Of a DNA stretch of 64,000 bases, positions 1 through 12,340 are shown one piece after another. A program made the translations under genes and the position numbers. The notes beneath the pieces were generated by a model, which saw only the letters and a program-made list of their open reading frames with translations, was not told where the DNA came from and ran no database searches. Within the stretch, counting starts at the first letter, position 1. Each line of letters opens with the position of its first letter. Source of the DNA: Auanema rhodensis (taxonomy: Eukaryota; Animalia; Nematoda); assembly GCA_964057225.1 (NCBI GenBank), contig OZ059895.1:5766001-5830000 (forward strand), given 5' to 3'.

Positions 1-1239
1 TGTACTGGCCGTGATAAATGTGAAGCAGCTAACGATTTTGCTGAAATGCTTATTCGTTCTTTGGGTAATAATCCATTATTTGCTGCTCTCTCTTTAAAAG
101 TTGTCAATTGTTGGGATGCTCTTCTGTGGAAAGACTGTTATAACTATACTGGTATTAAATTAAATAGTTATTCATGAAACTAAAGTTCGATTATAGGTAT
201 TGGAGAAAAACGTGTAGTTGAAATGGAGCAAGATGAGGACGGTAATTCGTTGGAACTTACTACTACTCAACCTATTACTCACGTATTTCTTCATTCATTG
301 TTGAAATATTTCTATTCATATTTCAGACTCGTTGGAGAATTGCTGATAATTTACCAAAGGAAGCTGGAGTCCAAGAAGAATTCGCAAAAATTGTTTCTGG
401 TTTTGTACTGTTGTTCGCTCAAAAACAAAAAGAAATGGTTTTAATTTTGTATAATAATTCTCTGAATTCAATTTTTTATCAGGATTTTGATGAGGAAGCT
501 GGTTGCTTATTCCGTTCAGATTTAATTGGAAAACATATCGGACATCGATTATTACGGGTGATTAACAATCTTACTACTCAAAGTGAAGATGGTATTGCTG
601 CTGCTACAGCTCTTGTTGATCGGGTACGGGTATTTCTATAATTTATTCAGGCATATCAAATAATTTCCCAGGTTTGTCAAGCTTTAAGTTGCGATCAAGG
701 TTGTGACGACGCTGTTGACGCTTTGAAAGAGGGCTGCAAAAGACTATTAGAAGGTCAAGATGCTCCTGCTCAACCACCAAAAATTTTCATTGCTAACCTG
801 TTCTGCACGAATTGTGGGCAGTCAAGTGACATTGATATTGGTGACAACCTGGCTTGGACGTGCTCAGGATGTGAAAAGGTCTTTTTTATTTTCCATATTC
901 TTTTAACATTATAATGTGTTTAGTCTCTGAATGTAAATACTGTTGATGATGCCGTGGCTGAACGACTGAATCAAATGCTGACAGCATATCTATTGCAAGA
1001 TCATTCATGTGGCAAATGCAAAAGCGTAAGTTATTATTGAATTTCGGTATTAATTATTTATGTCTCAGATTCGCCGTGATTACCTTTCGAAGCTTTGTGA
1101 TTGCTGCGGACCTTATTCGAATTCAATAAGTTCTGATGATCTCCTGTCCAATGCACTTGCTGTGTCAGAAATAGCGGAGTTGAAAGGCTTAACTAACTCT
1201 AATGAATTAGCTCAATGGATCTCATATTCCTTCCAATAA
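1..1239 (+). CDS. pole-1: DNA polymerase epsilon catalytic subunit, 3' part (5'-truncated by window edge; multi-exon)
   Basis: Spliced translation gives ...CWDALLWKDCYNYTG..., then the C-terminal CysA (CTNC...CSGC) and CysB (YLLQDHSCGKCKS..RRDYLSKLCDCCG) metal-binding motifs of Pol epsilon. Stop TAA at 1237-1239. Confidence 0.9.
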
Positions 1240-1428
1240 TCTCTAGTCATTAGTTCAAAAATGTTTTTACATATATTTCGTACGGTGATATAATTTTATA
1301 CTAATTGATTAGATAACTCACCATTTGTGAATGCGTTTGTCTTTTTTCTTAATTGTATATCAATTTCATGATAAATTGAATATTTATCAAAATCAGTTTT
1401 TTTATTATTTGAATATTCTTCAGCGGTT

Positions 1429-2778
1429 ATGCTAGACTCTTATTTAAACTTCCAATCAACCCCTTGGACAAGGTAAAAGTTGAACAGTTAAGTGTTTATG
1501 GCTAAGTTTTCTAGGGAATTCATGTATCGTACCGTTTCCTTGTCTCTTGGAATTCCCGGGCTTGGCATCAATGGTTTCATTATTTATCGTCTTTTACGAA
1601 AAAATTGTCCGCTTAAAAAGCCGTTCAAATACGTATTGTGCAGAAACGTGGTTTGCAACTTACAAGAAGATGCGTTATAATTGTTCTTACTTAAGTATTT
1701 TAATCTCATGTTCGCCTTTGTTTTGACCATTTTATTCCAACCTCTTCCATTTGCTGACAAACTTTCTTTAGCATGCTTAGGTTTGGCATCAGTGATTCCG
1801 TATGAGATCGTCACACCTTTACTAGTATGTGTATATAAATAAAGAAATAATAACATTATTAAACTACAGTGTTCTTTGACACTGTACTATCTAGCTCAAA
1901 TTATTGCTAGTATCGATCTATGTGCTATGTTCAGGTAGATGTACTTATATTTAGATAATTAATGGTTGATTCCTTCAGATACTATGCAATTCGTGGATAC
2001 AAGGAAAGTCGAATAATATATCTTAAACGTTTTATATATGATGCGATAACTGGATACGTTTATGGAATACTTTTAGAAATTCTGATTTTTCTGCACAGAA
2101 CTGAAATCGATAAGGACCTCATTGTTAGTCGCATTAAAATATTTCAATACATCTTTACGCATCCATCGGAGCGTTTGATTTTTTTTGATTTTTTCTAAAG
2201 CTTGGTTTTTTATTATTTTTCTGCAAAACGAACTAAAAGTATCAACAAAAATTTAATGTTTATAGATTTTACTCCAAAAAGATGAAATATATGACAAGCT
2301 GCCAACACTTTCCACATTTAAACTTCATCATATTCTAACTCAATTTACATTTTGCTTAGCGTTAATGGGTAAAAAAATATTCAGATATTTAAATAAAGAA
2401 ACTATTTAATACGATAGGAATTTTTCATTCAGTTATTCCTAATATAATGATATTCTTTTATATACGTAAGCATATTAATAAACATAAAATTACATCTGGA
2501 ATCAGCAAAGAACAATTATTGGATATTAATAATATGATTCTTCTGAACGTATGTTCTAATATATTAATTATGTTGTTTTACAAAAAATTCAGACTTTGTT
2601 ACCATATACCTCATTATTTGTTCCCGCTTGGTATTTTGTCATTACATTTATATCATCTGGATTTAAATACAATGCTATTATGGAGTCTGACTACTTCGTG
2701 CTCATCACTTTGGGAATAGTTTATTCATGGCCAACTCTTAATGCTTGTTTTGTATTGGCTCTTATCAAGCTATCTTAG
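1429..2778 (+). CDS. Nematode serpentine 7TM chemoreceptor (Str/Srh/Sri/Srd superfamily), about 8 exons
   Basis: ATG at 1429 follows a ttcttcag acceptor. GT-AG introns splice in frame into alternating hydrophobic helices: LGIPGLGINGFIIYRLL; FAFVLTILFQPLP...CLG; DLCAMFRYYAI; N|TLLPYTSLFVP; YSWPTLNACFVLALIK. The exact 3' end is uncertain. Confidence 0.72.
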
Positions 2779-3032
2779 TATGATATTTATTCAACGGGAC
2801 TTTATCCGTATGATATGCGCATATTCCACAACGATCATCATTACAAAAAAAATATTTGTTCACCTAATATGAATTTCAAACTATCAAGTAGCGACATAAA
2901 CTTTAACAACTTAAAACAATTAAAAACAGAACACTGGTAGAACATACATGTAAATTGTTTAACAACCCATAAAGTCGCACATGTGAGATTGAAACTGATA
3001 ATTACAAAATTACCCTTAGATCAAAACAAGAT

Positions 3033-6000
3033 CTATTTCTTAGAAGTAAAGAGGAGACCTGTGGTATTAGTGCTTAAAGTTGAGCCGAAAGATGTGGCGG
3101 GTTTCGAGGTTGAAATAGAGGGAAACAGAGATGTAGTAGACGATGTCGTTGTGGTAGTAGTAAGAGATGGGAATAGGCTAGATGTAGAAGTGGTACTTCC
3201 AAACAGAGACTTGGTCGGTTGAGATCCAAATGTCGATCCAAATAATCCTGAAAATAATAAATTAGAACAAGTAAACAATTTTGTGGAAAAAACCTCCTGT
3301 CGTAGGAGCTGGAGCAGCCTGAGCAGGCTTCAATAACGCTCCAAGAGACATAATTGTAGCTTGTGATGGGAAAGATGAAGCTCCTCGCAATTGAGCCCAT
3401 ACAGAACCGTCTTCGGCTGTAGCAGCACTAGCAGCAAAAATAGGTGAATCAGCAGCAAATTGAGCACGTAGTTCCTGAAAATATTTATTTTCAACTTAGG
3501 GAACTAAAACTTACTTCAACTTTATTATTTCCTTCAAAAAGTTTTTGAGCCACATTACTGAAGATAACATCGAATCGGGTTAAATAATCTTTAAGATCAC
3601 TAGTAGATAACTGATTCTAAAGGTATAATTTCAAAAATCTGCAGCAAAGCGTTAAGCGAACCTTTCCTTCTAAAATATCCCTAATCTTTACAGTAAGTTG
3701 TTCTAAAGTTTCTTGATACTGACATACATGTTCATCATATTCGCGTATTAGTTCAACCATATGTCTAAAAAGAAAACAAAATTCTAGCTTGTAAGTAAGA
3801 AAATATACTGGACAGTATGATGTTGGGCTGAATGATTGGGATTTCGAGCTATCTGCTCCTGGATTGCTGCTGCTTCTTTACCCAATTGTAAGTCTCTAGA
3901 TGTTCGGTTAAAAAGTTGAGCGCATGCCTCATCCCTTGCTGCTGATTGACTAACAGATTGCTCAATTTCTTGTTTAATCTAAAAGTGTTAAGGAAATGCA
4001 ATAATATTCGGATTTATACTGACATCTTTAATTTTGTCCCGAATTTTGAGAGCAGAATCAGTTGAACCAGCAGTGAAATTTTCCGATAGTGTTCTATTCT
4101 CCTTAATGCGATTTCTGAACCAAGACTATTATTAGGGGAACTTTTCAAACACTTATTTTACCTGACAACCGAGACTAACTGGTTGATTTCCGCCGGGACC
4201 TCTCCATCCTTCACATTTTCTTTCTCGGTAACATTAGCACCCAGTGTGGTCGTTCCGGCACTTGACGCAGCTCCAGTGGCTTGAGATGTTCCTCCTAGAC
4301 CAACAGATTGTTTAGCTGCGGTGCCAGAATCTTAAACTAAGAAGTGAACAAATTAACTCTGATTAGATATACCTGCAGTCTTATCACCAAATAATCCTCC
4401 AGCTGTAGCAGTAGTAGCGGTACTGCCAAATAATGATGGAACACTAGTTGCAGTTGTAGTTGTTGCTCCAAATAGGGAAGCTTTTGTTGTACTAGGTGCA
4501 GATGTAGCTCCAAATAGAGATGTAGCTGTAGTACTTCCAAATAAAGAGCCGGATCCTGATGTTGTAGCTGTTGTGGTTGATGTACTAGTGGAAGTAGGAG
4601 CTGCAGTTGAAGTCGAAGTTGCTCCAAACAGAGGAGCTACGGTAGTGGCTGGAGCTCCAAATAATGGAGCAGAAGCAGTAGAGGTTAATGTGGTACTAGA
4701 AAGAGCAGGAGCAGAAGTTGTGGCTGCTAAAGTTGGTGCCGTGGATGAAGCAGCAGGTGTTGCTCCAAATAAAGATGCAGCTGCAGTTGAACTTGGAGTT
4801 GAAGCTAATGTTGTGACTGGAGCACCAAAAAGTCCACCGGTAGATAAACTAGGAGCAGAGGATACTGTAGGAGTAGCAGTGGAAGTGCCGAATAATCCTG
4901 TTGAAACAGAAGTTGCAACAGGAGCAGCAGTCGCTGTGCCAAATAACGGAGCAGCAGATGTAGTGCTTGGTTGTGCACCAAATAGCCCAAGCGCTGGAGC
5001 TGAAGAAGCTACAGATGCGGGAGCGGTAGTTGGAGCTCCAAACAGTCCTCCAGTACTTGGAACAGATAGAGTTGAACCTCCAGTGCTAGCTGGAGCACCA
5101 AATAAACCTGTGGCGGGTACACTTGTAGTGGGAGCTGTTGTTGCAGAAGGATTTGAAGCAGGAGCTCCAAATAATCCGAGAGCTGGTGCTGTAGATGCCG
5201 CCGTCGACGCTGGAGCAGTAGAACCAAACAATCCCCCCGTTGATGTCGCTGCTGGTGCAGCGCCAAATAATGATCCTGATGCAGGAGCAACCGCTGGAGT
5301 TGCAGTGGAAGACCCAAATAAACTTGGTACAGATGTCGAGGAGGGAGCAGTCGCAGTTGTAGCTGAACCAAAAAGACCACCAGAAGGTGCTGCGGTAGAT
5401 GCAGAAGCAGTAGATCCAAAAAGTCCTCCTGTAGCTGAAGGAGCAGGAGCTATAGAACTAAGTGTTGGAGTAGCCGTTGTGGTTCCAAAAACAGGAGCTG
5501 CAGAAGTTGTGGATCCAAAAACAGGAGCTGCAGAAGTAGTGGATCCAAAAACAGGAGCTGCAGAAGTTGTGGCGCCAAATGCAGAAGCCCCGAACAATTT
5601 AGGAGCTGCTGTGGGCGCACCGAATGTCGGCGCTGATGTGTTTGTTGACGAAGTAGAGGTATTCCCAAAAAGATTTGTTTCTGTTTTAGAAGTTGAAGAA
5701 CCGCCAAACAAATTGTTTGATGTAGCTGGAGCAGCACTGCCAAATAATGTCCCTGATCCTGACGATGCTGTTGTTGGAGCACCAAATAAGGAAGGTGTTG
5801 CAGAGGTAGCAGCTGTAGACGTTGGTGCTGCTCCTCCAAAAAGAGATGTTGTTCCAGTATTTCCGAATAACCCTCCTGTTTGTTGTGTGCTAGTAGCAGT
5901 TTGTCCAAATAATGAAGGAGCTGCAGTCTGAAAGTTTAATAGTTTCAAAAGGAATAAGTTTCATACATACAGAAGTGCTACCAAAAGCTGGAGCTGCTGT

Positions 6001-6273
6001 TGTTGTTGTCGTGGCTGGTTTAGCTCCAAATACATTGCTTGCACCTACCGCTCCTATAATATCGTAAAGTTAAATACGAACTATGAAGTGAACCAAAACC
6101 TCCGAATAAAGAAGTTCCTGTTCCTGTAGCGCTTCCACCGAAAACCGATTTGGAAGCTCCTGTTGATCCACCACCAAATACTGAACCAGTATTAGATGCT
6201 AAATAAATTCTTATGAATGTATCACATCGAATAACTTACGAGCATTATTGTTGTTTCCGAAGGAAAAACTCAT
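3033..6273 (-). CDS. npp-4: FG-repeat nucleoporin, Nup58/NUPL1-like (FG N-terminus, coiled coil, short C-terminal FG tail)
   Basis: Starts MSFSFGNNNNA. Dozens of LFG/FG motifs in S/T/A/P spacers (long exon about 4372-5927), a helical region at about 3475-4115, and a second FG block at the C-terminus (3033-3250). FG on both sides of the coiled coil is the Nup58 layout. The ortholog assignment is less certain than the nucleoporin call. Confidence 0.75.
5476..5579 (-). repeat. 30-bp coding tandem repeat (about 3.4 copies) encoding FG-S/T-TTSAAPV units
   Basis: The unit ccaaaaacaggagctgcagaagt(t/a)gtgg recurs every 30 nt. The translation is FGATTSAAPV-FGSTTSAAPV-FGSTTSAAPV-FGTT. Confidence 0.9.
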
Positions 6274-6479
6274 CTATAAATTAAAGATGATTTTTGTAAC
6301 CCCAATATGATAATTTCTTTAGATATGTTTTGGTCAATAAAACCATAATGATAAGTGAAGAAATAAAAAAAATGTAAAAAAATATATTGTGATAACAGCC
6401 CAACAGTAACAGCGTGTCTAAACAAACTAACAATCACATAAAAAATGGAAAAACAAAAAAAAAGAAGAAAAACAAAACA

Positions 6480-7140
6480 TTAAAGAGGGGCAGCATTCAA
6501 TTTGTGATCTTCAGTATATAACGTCTTTAGCTCCTCATTCATTCCTTCCTGGTTTCTCGCACCTTCTACGGCCAAGTAAATAATCTGAAATATATATAAT
6601 TAAATTAAAAATAATTAAAACGTCGAACTTTGGGAACAATAATGGTATTTTCTTGACTATATCCCTTAGCAGCATCAATTCTCATCAAAGTTCCTAACGA
6701 AAAGTCTTCAACAATCTTTAAAAACGATATAAAAAAAAGATGCGATAAAATATAAAATACTAACATCTTTAAATTGCTCACTAAATTCCCTCCATTTCTC
6801 CTTCATTCCTCCTTGCTTAAGTTCTACTTCGCTAACCTATATCATAAATTAACAACGAATTACAAATAAATACATACTATTTTAACATCCAAATCTGGAA
6901 AAGAATTTCTAAAAGCAACTTGAATAACATCTTGCATTTTGTTGAGTTTCAGTTGTTTAGTATTACATGCCATGAGCAAGTTCATATGAACATTAGCCCT
7001 TTCAGCAGCCTACAGAAAAATAGTTTAGATATAATAGTAGTTTTTCAACATATAGACAATACCTTGACTGCCCAAGCGAACTCAATCGACTCATCATTTG
7101 TATACTTGCTACTATCACCATAATCGATATCCTCAGTCAT
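6480..7140 (-). CDS. PBDC1: PBDC1 (polysaccharide biosynthesis domain-containing protein 1; YPL225W family)
   Basis: Spliced protein: MTEDIDYG...NDESIEFAWAVKAAERANVHMNLL...KQLKLNK...FRNSFPDLDV...MKEKWREFSEQFKDIVEDFSLGTLMRIDAAKGYSQENTIIVPKIIYLAVEGARNQEGMN. This matches the family motifs. Confidence 0.9.
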
Positions 7141-10100
7141 TATTACTTAACAATCAAAAATTATTAATTCAAATATAATATTTTTAAAATGAAAATAAAT
7201 GTTGGGTTAAAGCCCAGTTTGAAAGAATTTATAAAAAAATGTACGGTAGAGTTAGAGCGCACTTCAGTCCAGAAATCATTTTGGGAATATGTATATGGTT
7301 CTATATAGCACTGTATCCCAATAATTGCTATTTTATGCCTTCAAAGGTTGTTTGTTAAAATCTACGATTGTTTAAGATTCTCAATCTTTTATAATATATT
7401 TTCATTTTTTACGGTATAACTTGGATCTTAGAAGTATTTACGTGGAATAACAATTTCAACAAAGTTCGTATGTATATTCATCTATCGTTTTCAGTTTGGT
7501 ATAAACTTTTGATATGCATTTTTAAGTGATAAGAATAAGAATCGATTCATTGTTATCACTTTCCTGAGTCCTATACCCTCCTATACCCTTCTTTCGGAAG
7601 ACTATTCGTTCTAGCTTTGTACCATCAAACTGTCGAAATTCCGGTGCCTCACATGAATAGGTATGAAATTGCCAGCTGTGTGAATGATAATATTTCTGGT
7701 TTGTCAGATCGATCCAATTTTTCTTATGAAAGAGCCTATCATGTATTTTGTTCCAGAGTTTACATATTTGTTTCACTTTCAAGTTATTTCGTTTATTTAT
7801 TCATTTGCATTCACCTTTCTTCTGGTAATCAGGACCCGAAATTGGATGTTTAAGGTTATCTTGTTCTGCTTGCTAGGCAAGTCTGACTAGTCTTTTTTTT
7901 ATTCAACCTTACTGTTATGATTGATATGATTAAAAGTGTGCCGTTTTCTGTTGAATTCATAGCCGTTCATATAAGTGAAATTTATCTACAAAACATTACC
8001 CTCTGATTATCACTTGCTTCCTTGATTATCATTTTCTTCCATTAACTTTAAATTTTCAAACAATTGCTAAATTTTTTTCCAGTTTTTAGCAAAGTATAAT
8101 AGTTTTTTCCTGAAAAATTTCACGTTTAAACGTGTATCTTACACGTGAACGGCACCAAGTCTATTTGTTCTTCGTCTACAACAGATAATCTGTTCAGAAA
8201 GCAGTTTTCTTCTTTCGCACACATAATCTAACCGTAAATCCATTGTCCCTTTAGAGTCCAGTCTAAGAATTTCTCTTTTCTTATTCATTTACACATTTTT
8301 TTCTGATTTCTTATTATATGTTTATATTTAGCCTAGTTTCAAATGTCCCAAACTTTCTAATATTAGACTTAAAGGTGTAATTTGGAATTTTATTGCATAA
8401 TAATATTCTTAATCATGTCATATTGCTTATTAATATTGTTATTGATATTATTATGTCATTCATATGTATCATCTGAATTTATACGTGTTTCATTCAGTTT
8501 TTCATTTATTCATTTATTTTTTCATTTGATTTGTAGTTATTCTCTTTTTCTTACCTTCTCCTTTTTAGCGCCCTTTTTTGAAGTTTGGGTGTGTCATAGC
8601 TTACGTGAAGGTATACCATCATTTCAAGTGTAACTCATCATATGCTTTCGAGAAATTTCTTGTTACGTAAATGTTTTGGACGGTAGCCATTTATTTTCTT
8701 GCTTACAGTTATTTTCAAACAAAAACTATTGTAACTTTTCAGCTTTTTCTTTTCTTTGATTAATATCTTACTACTAGATATTTCTATTACTGTTTATTAA
8801 TTAATCATTTGTATTCTTACTTCCTTATAATTTGTCAATCAATCATTAGACTTTTATATTTCCTTTGAAAAAAAGAACAAAATCTTTAACATACATCTCT
8901 ATCTGTTCCATACATACTCGTTCGCCTTTTTCATCTCTTACATTTCGTTTTCGACATAAAAAAGTCGACAACATCATATTTCACCTTCATTTATTTTCGT
9001 TTTCAACATTTAAACTCTCGAATTGTTTACTTATTCACAATAAAAACACTGCTGTACTGTACTGCAAATGAAGGCAAAACTTATGAAAAAAATCCTTTAT
9101 TGGTCAACTAAGTTATAATTAGTTTTCGTGTACATTTACATAAATCGTTCGTATTATAAAAAATGTGTGGCGACGATTGTATATTTTGCAACATCAGCTT
9201 TCTCCAAAGACAATGAATCAAATGACATCTATTCTATTGCATGTTTTTTTCCTATTTTACTATTATATTTCGCTCTTTTGCACTTCTTCATTTCTTTTTT
9301 GGAGAATACACTTTGTCACATATAAGTGGTGATAACAGTTGTGATATGATTCTTGATTCATTTGGTTCGAATACGATCATATTTTCATCACAACTCTCTT
9401 TTTCAGTATTATGATAATCAAACTTCACATTTTATCTATACTATTTCTAAAGCTAAAGCATTATGCTCAAGTTCTGTCTTTGAGTTCTACCGCTGCTCAA
9501 ACGTTAATGCCTTATACATATACAAATATATTCTTGAATTAAATTTTAATTAATTCTGTAATCAATTTCATAAGAAAATTAATGATTTTAACTATGGTAC
9601 AATCACATTTCATCATCATATCATACTTGATGATTATTCTTTTTGTTTCTCTTGTTTCTTTGTATATTGAATCTGTTTTGTTTGAATTTCGCTTTATTTT
9701 AATTTCTGATAAACCTTCCTCGTCACCAAAAACCTATTCCTTTGTATTTAAATTTTAAAAAATGGGTGTATAATCAATAATTTTTAATTTCTATCTATTC
9801 TTCTTTATCATACTCTTCTTTTGTTTCATATTACGATGCCATGAGAACACTAGAAAACCTCGTTTCTCTTGAAAATAAGTCATTTGTTATCCATTGACAT
9901 TGTAAGGTCTCTATGAAACTACAGAAGGAATTTAAAAATAAATCGGTAAATACACTAAATTCTTATTCAAGTTTGCCATTAATATTGAGTCCAGAGATGT
10001 GTTGACGAGAAAGAGGTGTGACATCTTACTGATAGACCGGGCTCATGTTGGCATCTTCTTTCTCGTTCATCATTTGCTCGTTCTGTTTCTGAGAATACGT

Positions 10101-10668
10101 AGGAAGATGTTGATGAGGTTCCTGTTGCGTTCGGTTTGAGTTTTTCTGTTGGTATCCGAGAAAAGTTGAACGTCTGAACAATATAACTGATCATTGATGC
10201 GCAAAAGAAGATGAAGACTTAGTGGCTAGTGGGAGAGGCAACTACGACGATAGATAGGTTAGGGAATAGACTATATTAAGAACAGGCAGAGAGAGAGATA
10301 GAACGAATTACGGAAAAGAGGAGGAGAAACAAGAACGATTCACGAGAAAACGATTATGGCCAAGTGTTTGTCTTGAACATGAGTCACCTTTGATTCTGAG
10401 ACCTGAACCGTGTAAGGAAATGAAACTCTCCTTGTCTGTCCTTCCAGAAGGCGATATTAACAACATTATTTTGATTCTCAAGAATTTTCCTCGTATTGCG
10501 TAGCCTATACAATTTTTCTGCGAGAAATATTCTTTTGCAAGCTCATTTCATCTAATAACTTGATACCACCTAATCCTTTACATTGTAGTTTTTTTTGGAC
10601 TTTTCTGCTTTCACATGCTTGATATTCTAATAGCTTTTAACAATTTTCATTTTTTTAGGTAATGAGCA

Positions 10669-11521
10669 ATGAGACGAACCGTTTCTATGGAGCACGCTAA
10701 AAGCATTCTACCAACATTTCCACCTCCGGATATTCCAACAGAGGAAGATGATGCTGAAGTAGAAGTGACGTCATTTCGTACCCAACCTCCATCTTCTGAC
10801 TTTTCGAAGCCTACCCAATCTAAATCATATCCACAATTTTGCATGCCAACTTCTACACCACCCAGTGTATTTACACACAGCCAAGATCTACTACTGGTTA
10901 CTGATACCAGTATAGAGCCTGATACTAACAACGCTACTACTAACACTGCTAATACTAACTCTACCAGGTATCTTTCAAAATATTTATTATTTTCAAAACT
11001 ACCTTTTAATTTTTTTAACTAAAAATATAATAAATAAAGACGATATTGATGAACAACCTATTACATTGAAAACAAATGAGAAACTGGACTATTTTCATTG
11101 CAACCATAAGCTTTATTTAGTTTTGTTCTGGTTTTCTTAACAATTATTACCACAAGTCAACCTTTTTGAAATAACAATTCCTGTGGTTTTCTGATAATTT
11201 TCTTTCTTTTTCTATCTATTTCTTCTGGAAGTAGATGGACACACGACTACATTTTCACTTGATTTCTCGGTTTTCCCGTCTTTTAATTTCTTGGCAACGA
11301 CGAAAACCGTTTTTGACTTGAAAAAGCTATATAAAGGATGTCCTGCATCTCTATCTTTCTCTTTCTATCTTTTATAGTCTCGTTCAGGAAGAACGTTCTG
11401 ATGAACTTTTTTTACTCGGAAAATGATCAACATAGTCCGTTATTTTCGTTTTCTCTTCATCTCTCTGTCATATGTATTGTATGTGATAATGTAAAATAGA
11501 GAGAATTGAAAAGAAAGAAAT

Positions 11522-11569
<48 letters not shown>

Positions 11570-12292
11570 AGAAAACGAAACTCGAAGGTTGAAATATATC
11601 GATTTACTTCGAGAAAACCCAAATAGTGCACAGTGCTTACCTTAATTCTGAGAGTCGATAATTTTTTCTGCTCATTTCTTTACCTATTTGTCAAGAATGT
11701 TGTGTTGTATCATCAGTATATATCGTCCACTGTACTTACAACTTGACTTTTCAGAATTTGTAAAAAATCTTCAAATGATGGTTGCAATACTTCTTATTTT
11801 TACTCAATTGCATCTTTTTCCCCAACTTGAACTTTCTCTTACATTTTTAGAGCCATGAGCGTTGACTCATATTCCCAAGATATCTAGCTTGTCTCAAATG
11901 ATTTTTGTTAAAATATCAAACAACTATATCAAGTTAAAAGGTTAATATTAGCTTTTTTTTATTTATTTCAACATTAAAATAATTATTTTCATCTCTTAGA
12001 TATGTTATAATTTGTGAATATAGTCTATGTGCAGAAGAAATATCCTGAGAAGATAAAATAACATAAAGGGTGATCAAAGCTCTTATTGATCAAGCTTTCT
12101 CTATTTCTCCCCATTTCTATGTGTCATAACATGTTCGAATCGAACAAGCTAAAAAAAAATTGATGCTAGTCCAGTACTAGTCAGAAGAACATAAACAGTC
12201 TTCAGTTCTTTTCCTCTATTATGCCTCTCCTTTTTTTCATTTTCTTTATATTCTCTTCATATACATAGATTCTCTCTCTCTTTTCTCTTTCT

Positions 12293-12340
<48 letters not shown>

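Noticed and set aside
4573-5931. 452-aa plus-strand ORF and overlapping minus-strand Leu/Gln-rich ORFs
   Set aside because: Antisense and alternate-frame shadows of the low-complexity FG-repeat exon.
7617-7853. 78-aa ORF as a further RhoGEF first exon
   Set aside because: Its apparent donor is phase 0, and joining it to the 10658 acceptor gives an early stop. No compatible downstream exon was identified.
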